Source: an uncultured archaeon (GTDB lineage Archaea > Asgardarchaeota > Thorarchaeia > Thorarchaeales > Thorarchaeaceae). Taken from it: 41,130 nt of DNA. The position numbers and the translations under genes were made by a program. Location: assembly GCA_964590575.1 (NCBI GenBank), contig CAZPWM010000019.1, positions 1-41,130 of the forward strand. Direction: 5' to 3'. Shown one piece after another: positions 25,263 through 34,224 of this stretch. The notes beneath the pieces are model-generated. The model saw only the letters and a program-made list of their open reading frames with translations. It did not search any database and was not told where the DNA came from. Numbering within the stretch: position 1 is the stretch's first letter; the number at the start of each line of letters is the position of its first letter.

Positions 25263-25370
25263 TGGAGCCCCGGGCGAGATTTGAATTCGCGCCTCACAGT
25301 GCAGATGTCCATGAGGTCTCGCGACGTTCTGCTTACGAAGCAGACGCTATAACCCCTAAGCCACCGAGGC
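25263..25370 (-). tRNA. tRNA-Thr(CGT) with 32-nt intron at 53/54 (25286-25317), CCA encoded
   Basis: Anticodon arm TCTGC-TTCGTAA-GCAGA; BHB core CGCG/CGCG with AGA and AAT bulges; 76 nt mature. Confidence 0.92.
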
Positions 25371-25450
25371 TCGTCTCATCGCTCACCCATTTAATTCTCT
25401 AATAAAACTTTATCATGGAACCCACATGCTAAAACATTGGAGGTCTTTCA

Positions 25451-26443
25451 TTGAAGACCGGTGAGATGGGTGAACGTGATTTTCTGGCTAAGATCAGCAG
25501 TTTTGTCAATAGACCAAGAGGTGCTATGTTGGGATTTAATGACGACGCATCAGACATTCCAATTTCAGGCAAGACCAACCTTGTTGTGAATGTTGATACG
25601 TTTGTCAGGAAGACTGACTGGCTTTCAGGAATGACTCCAGCTCAAGTAGGACGCAAAACTGCTGTGATGGCTCTTAGTGATCTGGCTGCTAAGGGAGCTA
25701 AACCTCTCGCTACTATGCTCTCTCTTTGTGTGCCTGAAGACTATGATGTTGAGGATGCAAGTGAGATAGTCCGTGGATTCTCACAGTACGGTCTCAAATC
25801 CAGTATTCCCTATCTCGGAGGGGATATTGGAATGTGTGATGATGTTGTACTCACAGGAGTAGCTATAGGCACAGCATCTCCGGAAAGGATTGTATCACGA
25901 ACTGGAGCAAGGGGTGGTGATATCGTAGCAGTCACAGGTGATTTTGGGCTTACATCTGTCGCTTTTGAGATTTTAATTAACGGACTAGAAGCCAGCTCAG
26001 GACTTCATAAGGACGTGCTTGCAGCTGCCTATAGACCTGAGATCCACATTGACTTTGTGTCCTCTCTTATGAATACAGGAGCAGTGACAGCTTCCATGGA
26101 CAGTAGTGATGGTCTCGGAATAACATTACACACTCTAGCCAAGCAAAGCGGTTGTGGTTTTATTATTGATGAACTACCGGTTGCTCCTGGAGTAGAGGAG
26201 TTCTGTAGGGTCAATAAGTTGGACAAACTGAAGACAGTCATGCAGGGTGGTGAAGAATTTCTACTAGTTCTAACGATACCCCCCAAAGAGTTTGATAATG
26301 CTCAGGATATCGCTAGGAAGAAGAAGATAGGTCTCAGAAAGATTGGTTTAGCCACTGCAGGTAATCAAGTTGTTTGGAAGACCAAGGAGGGTCTCCGAAA
26401 CATCCCTTTTGCAGGATATGATAACTTCAAGAAATGGGATTAG
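25451..26443 (+). CDS. thiL: Thiamine-monophosphate kinase
   Basis: GERDF, DDA, LSDLAAKGAKP, GGD, DSSDGL and GGEEF motifs. Confidence 0.94.
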   Translation: MKTGEMGERDFLAKISSFVNRPRGAMLGFNDDASDIPISGKTNLVVNVDTFVRKTDWLSGMTPAQVGRKTAVMALSDLAAKGAKPLATMLSLCVPEDYDVEDASEIVRGFSQYGLKSSIPYLGGDIGMCDDVVLTGVAIGTASPERIVSRTGARGGDIVAVTGDFGLTSVAFEILINGLEASSGLHKDVLAAAYRPEIHIDFVSSLMNTGAVTASMDSSDGLGITLHTLAKQSGCGFIIDELPVAPGVEEFCRVNKLDKLKTVMQGGEEFLLVLTIPPKEFDNAQDIARKKKIGLRKIGLATAGNQVVWKTKEGLRNIPFAGYDNFKKWD

Positions 26444-26463
26444 AACCGAGATAGGTGAACTAG

Positions 26464-28191
26464 ATGCAAGTGGAGCGTGTCGCACTGGTTGATGGATATG
26501 TTGACGAGCCAACATGTCTTGGTGTTCCACCCTATGTGAGCATCTACCCCCGATACATTGCAGGTGCAATCTGGACAAAGTCGCCCCGAATCAAGATACT
26601 CTACCATACAATCGACCAAGTTCGTGAGAGTTTTCAGAGCGCGCAGCTTCTCTGGTCAAAGACAGACCTGATCATCCTCATCGCTGGAATGATAGTCCCA
26701 GGTAAGTATGTGGGTGGTACTCCAGTTTCAGTGAGAGAGGCTCGAGAACTGTTTTCGGCCCAAGGACTTGAGGGCATTCCCAAGATACTAGTAGGCCCTT
26801 GGGCTAGATTTGGTTGTGGTCTTGAGGGAGGTAAACTCGCACTGAGCTCTGAGGTTCTCAAACCACCGTTTGACCACATCATCACGGGCGACCCTGAACT
26901 CGTCATTGCAGAAGCCCTTGAATCTGCTGAGAGTTTCGAATCCGCCAACCTTGATTTGACGCGTAAGAATGCAGATGAGATTGAAGGTTTCATTAAAAGA
27001 GGAGTTTCAATTGTTCAACAACATTCTGGTTACTCCAATGGACATATCATTTGTGAGATTGAATCCTATCGAGGATGTCCTCGTTTTCTTAGCGGAGGCT
27101 GTTCATTCTGTGTAGAGCCATCATATGGACCGCCCCAACAACGAACTCCAAATGCGATAGCCGGAGAGATTCGTGCTCTATATGAACAAGGAATCAGAGC
27201 ATTTCGAATTGGTCATCAGGCTGACCTCTTCACATATGGCTCTAAAGAGATGAGCGAGATCGAATTTCCCACACCAAATCCGGATGCCATCGAGAATCTC
27301 TTCTCAAAGATCAGAGCCAGTGCTCCTGATTTGGATGTACTCCATATTGACAATGTTAATCCCGGTACAATTGCACGCCATCCACAGGAATCAAAGAAAG
27401 TTGCCAAATCTATCATGAAGTACCACACTCCCGGTGATGTTGCTGCGTTTGGTGTTGAATCGACAGACCCAGAGGTAATCCGTAGGAACAACCTGAAGGC
27501 TGATTTGGAAGAAGTCATTGACGCAGTCCGAATCTTGAATGAGGTTGGTGGAATTCGCGAACCATGGGGACTTCCACACCTCCTTCCAGGAATCAATTTA
27601 CTCTATGGACTGCCCGGAGAATCAAAGAAAACATTGGATTACAACATGGACTTTCTGAAACAGATTCTTTCAGAAGGTTTGGTGGTTCGAAGAATAAATG
27701 TCCGTCAAGTAATAGGCCTTCCAAGGACTCGTTTAGAACATGACACTGGAAAGAAGATCAAACGAAATCAGTTCTTCAAACATAGAGAAGAGATTCGTGA
27801 CACGATTGACATTGAAATGATACAACGTGTTGCGCCTCATGGAACGGTGATTCAATCCGTCTTTGTTGATGGTGAAACTGGAAATAGTCGTCTTCTTCGA
27901 CCTCTGGGAACGTATCCCCTGTTGTGTCATATGCCCAAAGGGACTGATGATTCAATACCAAGAAACGTCTTTGTTGTAGACCATGGTCCGAGGTCACTAA
28001 CAGTCCTTCCTTATCCGTTCAAACCTTCACAAATCTCTCTATCTCAATGGAGAGTGATTCCCGGTATAGGTAGCAAGCGAGCTGCTAAGATTAAAGCTAC
28101 TGAATCTCTGAATTCAGTCGAAGATATTTCAAAAACCCTCGCTATGGAAATCCCTGATTGGTTGACAAGAGCAATGGATTTTGGGTCCTAA
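26464..28191 (+). CDS. Archaeal radical SAM protein with C-terminal helix-hairpin-helix
   Basis: DGYVDEPTCLGVPPY, RGCPRFLSGGCSFC and IPGIGSKRA motifs. Confidence 0.85.
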   Translation: MQVERVALVDGYVDEPTCLGVPPYVSIYPRYIAGAIWTKSPRIKILYHTIDQVRESFQSAQLLWSKTDLIILIAGMIVPGKYVGGTPVSVREARELFSAQGLEGIPKILVGPWARFGCGLEGGKLALSSEVLKPPFDHIITGDPELVIAEALESAESFESANLDLTRKNADEIEGFIKRGVSIVQQHSGYSNGHIICEIESYRGCPRFLSGGCSFCVEPSYGPPQQRTPNAIAGEIRALYEQGIRAFRIGHQADLFTYGSKEMSEIEFPTPNPDAIENLFSKIRASAPDLDVLHIDNVNPGTIARHPQESKKVAKSIMKYHTPGDVAAFGVESTDPEVIRRNNLKADLEEVIDAVRILNEVGGIREPWGLPHLLPGINLLYGLPGESKKTLDYNMDFLKQILSEGLVVRRINVRQVIGLPRTRLEHDTGKKIKRNQFFKHREEIRDTIDIEMIQRVAPHGTVIQSVFVDGETGNSRLLRPLGTYPLLCHMPKGTDDSIPRNVFVVDHGPRSLTVLPYPFKPSQISLSQWRVIPGIGSKRAAKIKATESLNSVEDISKTLAMEIPDWLTRAMDFGS

Positions 28192-28197
28192 AAGATA

Positions 28198-28306
28198 TGG
28201 CGGGCCCGGTGAGATTCGAACTCACGAACTCCAACTTAGAAGGCTGGCGCCCTATGAACCTCACAATACACGAATTGTGCATAGTACCGGGCTAGGCAAC
28301 GGGCCC
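28198..28306 (-). tRNA. tRNA-Arg(TCT) with about 30-nt D-loop intron (approx. 28256-28285), CCA encoded
   Basis: GGGCCCG/CGGGCCC acceptor stem; CCAGC-CTTCTAA-GTTGG anticodon arm; hairpin insert CACAAT..ATTGTG in the D-loop; exact splice sites uncertain. Confidence 0.88.
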
Positions 28307-28455
28307 TGCCCCCAGCGTCGATGTTCTAAGGACATAAAGCTTTCCGATTGACGTACCAAGAAGAAGTGGTTGCCCGAGGTTTGGAAGAGAACCCCGGGCG
28401 TTGTGGGTGTGTGTGAAACCAGTCCAGAGTAGGTACTGGGTGTGAATTAACATAA

Positions 28456-28631
28456 AGGAGTCAAATCTTGCATTCCCGTTTCCCGAAACCTAGACAATCC
28501 TGGATAATGCAATCCTTGATTGATATTCGGTTTCTGCTTCTCAGAGGCTTGCTCTGAATAAATCCTGATGATTTCCAAAGTCTTACATCCTCTCCACAGA
28601 CAGTTAGAGTCTCCGGCAAACTGACGGTGAC
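28456..28631 (-). ncRNA. Stand-alone TnpB omegaRNA (scaffold 28476-28631 plus guide GAATGCAAGATTTGACTCCT...)
   Basis: Colinear similarity to 11907-12061 over about 155 nt, with no tnpB coding sequence upstream. Confidence 0.8.
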
Positions 28632-28704
28632 CTTGTTCGTCCCAACAGATCTTGTGGACTAACATGGAAGTCAAATGATTCATTCCCCTAGTCATATCAA
28701 ATAC

Positions 28705-28956
28705 CTAGCTCATTACAAAGGCTGGTGGGTAGATCACGAAGTACTGTACAACCACAGCAAGGAGTATGCCACTCAGGACTAATCCTTTACCTCTGCCTGT
28801 GTTCACATCTGTGAACCAAATAATCGCGCCTACTAGAACGACTATAATCGCTGAGACATTCCCAATGAAGATCAGGAACTCCCAAATCTCAGCAAAGTAT
28901 GTAGCAATCAAAGCTACAAAGTCAGACAGTGGACTGAGTATGTGGTACAGTAACAT
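28705..28956 (-). CDS. Small hypothetical membrane protein
   Basis: Hydrophobic helices around an RGKGL loop. Confidence 0.7.
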   Translation of the reverse strand: MLLYHILSPLSDFVALIATYFAEIWEFLIFIGNVSAIIVVLVGAIIWFTDVNTGRGKGLVLSGILLAVVVQYFVIYPPAFVMS

Positions 28957-29037
28957 CGCTATACCTAATCTTCTATCTTTACTGAGGCATATAAACTCGT
29001 GAGAACCGGATTCTTTACAATTACTCTATTAAGAACC

Positions 29038-29078
29038 TTTATATGCTTACAAAGTACTTTGCAATACAAAGCACTTTG
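29038..29078 (+). promoter_or_regulatory. TATA box (TTTATAT) followed by tandem palindromic operator CAAAGTACTTTG / CAAAGCACTTTG
   Basis: Palindromes at 29050-29061 and 29067-29078, directly upstream of the membrane-protein plus wHTH regulator operon. Confidence 0.72.
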
Positions 29079-29091
29079 TGTTGCGTTGACA

Positions 29092-29724
29092 ATGAATGAA
29101 GAACAAGATTTGAAAAAAATTGAACACGAATCTGTTCGTGAGTTAATGCAGGATGGATTTACTGAGATTATGGCTGGAACAATCTTTCTGTTTTTCCCTG
29201 TTATATTTGCACGACCCTATTTTGTACCAATTTTCGTTATATTTTACATCTTCTTCCTCCCTCATTTTGTAGAAGTTGTCAGGAAAAAGTATGTATATCC
29301 AAGGATAGGATATGTGAAACTACGGGAGGAAGAACCACCTAAAGTCACAGCTGGGGTTGTAATCACTGTGATTATTATGATTGCAGCAGGCATCATATTG
29401 ATCTATTCGATCTCGATAGGAATTATCTCCTCAGATTTGGTCTATAGATGTGTACCCGCATTCTTTGGATTAATCATGTGGGCTCCGTCCGTCTATCTGA
29501 AAGATAAGACTGGTCAAAGTAGATACTATCTGTTTGGTGCGTTAATGACAATAACTGGGGTTGCAGTCGCGCTTGCTGATTTCCTACCGGTGGAGATTGT
29601 AATCGTAATCTATTCACTGAGTTGGAGTGCAGCTTTCTTTGTATTGGGTATTACTAGAGCTGTTCTATTCATCCGGAAGTGTCCTGTGATCGAATCACCG
29701 GAGGATGACAGTGGTGAGCAATGA
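29092..29724 (+). CDS. Hypothetical multi-pass membrane protein
   Basis: QDGFTEI and KKYVYPRIGYVK motifs, about 6 TM; ATG 29092 lies after the operator. Confidence 0.8.
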   Translation: MNEEQDLKKIEHESVRELMQDGFTEIMAGTIFLFFPVIFARPYFVPIFVIFYIFFLPHFVEVVRKKYVYPRIGYVKLREEEPPKVTAGVVITVIIMIAAGIILIYSISIGIISSDLVYRCVPAFFGLIMWAPSVYLKDKTGQSRYYLFGALMTITGVAVALADFLPVEIVIVIYSLSWSAAFFVLGITRAVLFIRKCPVIESPEDDSGEQ

Positions 29725-30025
29725 AGATCGTGAATCAGCAATCGATATTGACAAGCTCATCCATGAGCCTGCTAGACTGATTATCATGACGCAGCTCTAT
29801 GTAGTCGAAGAGGCTGACTTCATCTTCCTAATGCGCCAGACAGGGCTTACGTGGGGAAACCTCTCCTCACATATGAGTAAACTCGAGGAAGCAGGGTATA
29901 TTGAAGTTCGAAAGGAGTTTCTGGACAAGAAACCACATACTATCTTGAAGTTAACACCAAAAGGTCGTGAATCTTTCAGGGAATATCGTAAAGCAATGGA
30001 CGAAGTCTTCAAAGACTTACCTTAG
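29705..30025 (+). CDS. Winged-helix transcriptional regulator (ArsR/MarR-like)
   Basis: IDKLIHEPARLIIM..LTWGNLSSHMSKLEEAGYI..LTPKGR. Confidence 0.92.
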   Translation: MTVVSNEDRESAIDIDKLIHEPARLIIMTQLYVVEEADFIFLMRQTGLTWGNLSSHMSKLEEAGYIEVRKEFLDKKPHTILKLTPKGRESFREYRKAMDEVFKDLP

Positions 30026-30059
30026 TAATCGTGGGAGTTCATCTCCCACATCTTCTTTC

Positions 30060-30512
30060 TTAGATGATGTAGGATATAGTGTTTGGAGTAATTTCAAGGA
30101 GTCTATAGTATACTGTAATCTGACCACGGTGATGAATGCTATGTTCTAGCATCTCAAGGATAATCTCAGCCAAGGTTGCTGGACGTTTGAAAGTATCAAT
30201 TTTCTCCTTTAAGTTCATCAAACGCACAAAATACATGTATTCGCTCACTCTTTTGAAGACATTTTCTGCAAGTTTGATGATGGCTTCTGACGTGTTATAT
30301 GTTTCAAGCGTGTAAGGAAGAGGTTCCCAAAAAGCCTCAACAATTCCTCGCATGTAATATTCTAGTGATCGGATAAGGTGAAGGGCTACTTCACCAATCT
30401 CCCTTCCTCCTGGGACTGGTTTGCTCATTATATTAATTTCAGCAAGCTGGCCTATAATTGGTAGTGTTTCATCCAAATGACGCCTAACAGCATCTCTGAG
30501 TAATTCGTACAC
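30060..30512 (-). CDS. DinB family protein
   Basis: IGEVALHL and EHSIHHRGQITVYYRLL motifs. Confidence 0.88.
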   Translation of the reverse strand: MYELLRDAVRRHLDETLPIIGQLAEINIMSKPVPGGREIGEVALHLIRSLEYYMRGIVEAFWEPLPYTLETYNTSEAIIKLAENVFKRVSEYMYFVRLMNLKEKIDTFKRPATLAEIILEMLEHSIHHRGQITVYYRLLEITPNTISYII

Positions 30513-30517
30513 CTTGA

Positions 30518-31300
30518 TTACGCACCTCTTAAACCGTCACAGAAAGCAAGGACATTCTTTCCCAGGTCTTTAAAATTATAGCCGCCTTCAAGAAGTCCGT
30601 ATCGACGACCTTCGCATCTCTCTTCTGCAAACTCGTACATCATTCTGCCTATCCTATGAAAAGCTTCAGTTGAGAGATTTCCTCCCCAGTCTTCCTCATA
30701 TTGATCGAAACCAGCTGAGGCGACTATGATGTCCACATCTGGTGCAGAGTCAAGTGACCACTTCACATCCTTCAAGTATTGGTCATCACCGTTTCCATCT
30801 GGGTTATGTATTATGAACTTCGGGTCATCACCCAAGATGTTGATATTCCCATCTCCAGTATGAAGATCAAAATCTAGAATATATGCTGACTCAATGAGAC
30901 CTTTAGCTCTCAGATGAAGTAGTGAAACTGCAATATTATTGAAATAACAGAAGCCCCAGTATGAATCACTGGATGCGTGATGCCCCGGTGGTCTGATAAG
31001 TCCAAAAGCTGGCTCTCCTTGGACCGCAATCTCAGCAGTCATGATAGAGCCTCCAGCTGCAAGGGCTGCCATCTTGTAGAGGAGCCCTGGCCTAGTAGAG
31101 TCGTATTCCTGTTTCACAGATTCCAGAGTTCGAGTTCCATGAGGACGGAGAATCTCTTCTTCCGTTGCTGGTCTTGCTTCCACAAACTCATAATCCGGGT
31201 GACTTCCCAAGATTTCGACTGCTGCATCAAGTCTTCCAGGCGCCCCAGCTGGAGTCCTGTCATATTGTTCCTGCATCAAGGGATGATAGATGATTTTCAC
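30518..31300 (-). CDS. Histone deacetylase / acetylpolyamine amidohydrolase family protein
   Basis: RPPGHHA, GFCYFNN, DFDLHTGDG, SAGFD and LEGGY motifs. Confidence 0.93.
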   Translation of the reverse strand: MKIIYHPLMQEQYDRTPAGAPGRLDAAVEILGSHPDYEFVEARPATEEEILRPHGTRTLESVKQEYDSTRPGLLYKMAALAAGGSIMTAEIAVQGEPAFGLIRPPGHHASSDSYWGFCYFNNIAVSLLHLRAKGLIESAYILDFDLHTGDGNINILGDDPKFIIHNPDGNGDDQYLKDVKWSLDSAPDVDIIVASAGFDQYEEDWGGNLSTEAFHRIGRMMYEFAEERCEGRRYGLLEGGYNFKDLGKNVLAFCDGLRGA

Positions 31301-31449
31301 AGCCTATCCACATGGCAAAGAAGGATTTGTGTTCTTGGGTCGAAGAAAAGTTGATCAAACTCGAAAAAGGATTTAGTGGGCAGATAGGCTCGCGACCCAT
31401 CCACCCTCTGATTTTAGAGGAATTATGAGAAGAGGACATGATGTCCTTT

Positions 31450-31761
31450 CTATCCAAAGAGGCTGCCAAGTCCAGCAGTGAACTCTTCTTCCTTCTCTTC
31501 TTCTTTCTCTTCCTTCTTTGCTTCCTTCTTCTCTTCAGCGGGGGCTGCACCAGTAGCTGCTGCAGGAGCAGCTGCCATTGGCATAGCTGCGGCGCTCTTT
31601 AGAGCCTCATCGATGTTAACATCCTTTAGGGCTGCTAACAAAGCTTTGACCCTACCCTTATCGGGAGTCACACCTGCCGCGGTTAGAGTATCCTCCATTG
31701 CCTTGGCTGTGAGTTTCTGACCCGCCTTGTGGAGCAGAAGTGCTGCGTATATGTACTCCAT
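31450..31761 (-). CDS. rpl12: 50S ribosomal protein P1 (L12)
   Basis: [11 protein letters not shown], Ala hinge, acidic tail ending GLGSLFG. Confidence 0.97.
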   Translation of the reverse strand: MEYIYAALLLHKAGQKLTAKAMEDTLTAAGVTPDKGRVKALLAALKDVNIDEALKSAAAMPMAAAPAAATGAAPAEEKKEAKKEEKEEEKEEEFTAGLGSLFG

Positions 31762-31782
31762 AGTTGTTACCTCTTGTATTAC

Positions 31783-32814
31783 TTATCCAAACAGGCCTCC
31801 AATGCCTGCTACTGATTCTTCCTCCTCATCTTCCTCAGGCTCTTCAGGTTCTTGCTGCTCAGCCGCGTCTGAGGCGGGTGCAGCCGCTGTTGATGCTGCC
31901 GCAGCAGCTGTTTGAACCTGACTAAGGATTTCGGAAGGTATTGCTTCAGGACTCTTCTCAGATACAGCCGCAATTAATGCGAACGCTTCTGAATTGGCCT
32001 TTGATAGGAATTCATTGAGCAAGTCTGGCACGAAGAATCCAAGGTGCAAAGCCAGACTTTTTGCCTCTATGTTGGCCTTTGCGATTATGAATGGTATTGT
32101 TTCCTCAGTCGGAATTCCGCGATTCACTGAGAGATTGATTGCGTACTGATGACCCGCAATGAATTTGCTAAATAGTGCTTCAAGGTCGACCTCGAAAACA
32201 TCAGGAGTAAGAACAGCCCCATCGCTGTAGGCCGCAATCAGCTTGAGTTGTAGTTCCATCGGTTCAATTCCCAAGCGTGTAAGCATCAATGCCATCGCGT
32301 TTGAAATGACACTCCCCTCCTTCACAGCAACAGTGTCAGCTATGATGTGTATCACACCACCTTTCACTCTAGATGGAATTTTGAGTGCTGCCAGTTCGCT
32401 GATGAACGGTCCAGGTACTACTCCAGTGTTCATCTCAGGAACAATGATGTCTTTTGGAGCAATCTGACCCCCTTTTGCTGGAGCTGCTGTTTTATTCTCG
32501 CTGAGGAATTTACTCAGGGCAAATGGATCTTGATCACTGAAAAGGAATACAACCGGACCTACAACGTATCCAATCAGGTCTTTTATGCCTTTTTTACTAC
32601 TTTTTTCAATTGCCCTTATCATGAGTGTATTACGTGCCATCTTGATGGCTGCTGAACCTCGTAGGTTGTCCCGGATTCCTTGAAGCTGTTTTGCTCCAAC
32701 GCCTTCAACATTCACTAGCCCAATCATTTGACTATCATTGATAGTTGTAGCTAGTTTGTCAACAGCATCCTGTTTCCATTGCGGTATAGTTTTTTCATAT
32801 ACGCTCATCTTCAA
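31783..32814 (-). CDS. rplP0: 50S ribosomal protein P0 (uL10); start probably ATG 32808
   Basis: IPQWK, MARNTL and APAKGGQIAP motifs; acidic tail GIGGLFG. Confidence 0.96.
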   Translation of the reverse strand: MKMSVYEKTIPQWKQDAVDKLATTINDSQMIGLVNVEGVGAKQLQGIRDNLRGSAAIKMARNTLMIRAIEKSSKKGIKDLIGYVVGPVVFLFSDQDPFALSKFLSENKTAAPAKGGQIAPKDIIVPEMNTGVVPGPFISELAALKIPSRVKGGVIHIIADTVAVKEGSVISNAMALMLTRLGIEPMELQLKLIAAYSDGAVLTPDVFEVDLEALFSKFIAGHQYAINLSVNRGIPTEETIPFIIAKANIEAKSLALHLGFFVPDLLNEFLSKANSEAFALIAAVSEKSPEAIPSEILSQVQTAAAAASTAAAPASDAAEQQEPEEPEEDEEEESVAGIGGLFG

Positions 32815-32822
32815 TCACATCC

Positions 32823-33479
32823 CTATGCAGACACCTCAATTGCTGGTCCCATGGTCGTTTTGACCATAATATTACCCACTCTTGCCGAGAAGCCTTTGCT
32901 ATCTACGAAGTTGATAACTGCAAGGATATTGTCTGCTATCTCTCTATCACTCATTTTGATGTGTCCCACTTTTACATGGAATGTTGGTGTATTTCTCATT
33001 CTAATACGAACAGTTCGATGGTATTGGTTCACTATTGCATTCAGATCTGCTTGTGGTGGAAACGGTCTTGGCATCTTACCTCTTGATCCCAATGCTTGAC
33101 CTAGATAGCGCCCTATCAAGGGCATTGTGTCAACAGCCGCTATGAAGAAATCGTAGTTCTTTGCTAGTGTTTTTCGTTCTTTCTTCTCTTCGCCAACCTT
33201 TGGGATATCATCTTTCGAGATGACGCGCTCTGCTCCGGCTTCTGTGACTTTCTCAGCAAACTCACCGTCCCCAAAGGCGCAGATTTTTGGCGGTGGAATT
33301 AACGGATTAGGAAGGACAAGTTCCTGGTTCAGCCGGTTCTCTGGCTTTGAAATGTCAAGCTCTTTCTTCCTGAAGTTAACCACTACATCAAAGCTCTGTT
33401 CAAACTTGATTTTTCTCTCACTTCCCTTTACACGGGCTTCAGCAACAGCTGCCTCAATTCTATCAATCGAATAAGACAT
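32823..33479 (-). CDS. rpl1: 50S ribosomal protein uL1
   Basis: FEQSFDVVVNF, LGSRGKMP and VKTTMGP motifs. Confidence 0.96.
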   Translation of the reverse strand: MSYSIDRIEAAVAEARVKGSERKIKFEQSFDVVVNFRKKELDISKPENRLNQELVLPNPLIPPPKICAFGDGEFAEKVTEAGAERVISKDDIPKVGEEKKERKTLAKNYDFFIAAVDTMPLIGRYLGQALGSRGKMPRPFPPQADLNAIVNQYHRTVRIRMRNTPTFHVKVGHIKMSDREIADNILAVINFVDSKGFSARVGNIMVKTTMGPAIEVSA

Positions 33480-33485
33480 TCAACA

Positions 33486-33986
33486 TCACTCCCTAAGTGG
33501 TTCATCCAGCTGAGCATCCCATGTTCCTGCTCGGACTTCTGCTTGGAACTCCTTAGCTGTCTTACCCTCGACTGTAACGCCCATCTGACCACAGCTACCT
33601 GTTATTATCATGACCGCAGTTTTCATTGTGAGGGCGGAGAGGTCATCTGCTTTTCCCTTTGCAATACTTTTCAGTTGGTCTAGGGTGATATTGCCAACAA
33701 TGTTAGTGTTGGGTTCACCAGAACCTTTCGCTACACCGACTGCTTTCAGTATCAATGCACTGGTTGGTGGTGTACCAACTTCGATCTCAAAGCTCTTGTC
33801 ATTAGGATTGACAATGATTTTCACAGGTACCTTCAACCCGGCATAGGGTTGTGTGATTTCGTTGATTTTTGTTACAACTTGGAATATATTCACACCTGTA
33901 GGCCCTAGAGACGGACCAATAGGAGGACCACCGCTGGCTTTCCCTCCTTCAACAAGTGCATCAACTATAACTGGTTTTTCGCTCAA
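33486..33986 (-). CDS. rpl11: 50S ribosomal protein uL11
   Basis: GGKASGGPPIGPSLGPTGVN motif; TTG 33986 follows a GGAG RBS, so the longer ORF-track start is likely spurious. Confidence 0.95.
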   Translation of the reverse strand: MSEKPVIVDALVEGGKASGGPPIGPSLGPTGVNIFQVVTKINEITQPYAGLKVPVKIIVNPNDKSFEIEVGTPPTSALILKAVGVAKGSGEPNTNIVGNITLDQLKSIAKGKADDLSALTMKTAVMIITGSCGQMGVTVEGKTAKEFQAEVRAGTWDAQLDEPLRE

Positions 33987-34224
33987 TTTTAGCACGACTC
34001 CTGATGCAGTACACACGGTGCGTACACAACACATCCGATAGGGTCGACCAGCAGGACAAAACTCATGGCATATCCTGTTAGGTCTACTGCATTCTTCGTC
34101 ACTTTTCTTCACCCCAGACACGACGTCGATGCGTCTATGTCAGATTAAGAGGATAAAATCGCACGGGTATGATTTGGTTTTAAGGATTACGACAGAGCAA
34201 AGTTGAAGAGACGCCAGGATGAGT

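Noticed and set aside
28456-28475. Resemblance of the orphan guide to the tRNA-Leu repeat (GAATGCAAGATTTGA vs GAGGGCGAGATTTGA)
   Set aside because: Three mismatches in the first seven (seed) positions; targeting is unlikely.
28447-28695. 82-aa ORF
   Set aside because: It overlaps the omegaRNA copy and has no recognisable protein features.
28999-29091. Upstream GTG start for the membrane protein
   Set aside because: It would include the TATA box and operator; ATG 29092 fits better.
30518-31300. HDAC as a eukaryotic signature
   Set aside because: The family is widespread in prokaryotes, and nothing here indicates histone specificity.
33987-34121. Cys-rich 45-aa N-terminal extension of uL11 in the ORF track
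   Set aside because: uL11 homology and an RBS point to TTG 33986; the region looks like a structured UTR.
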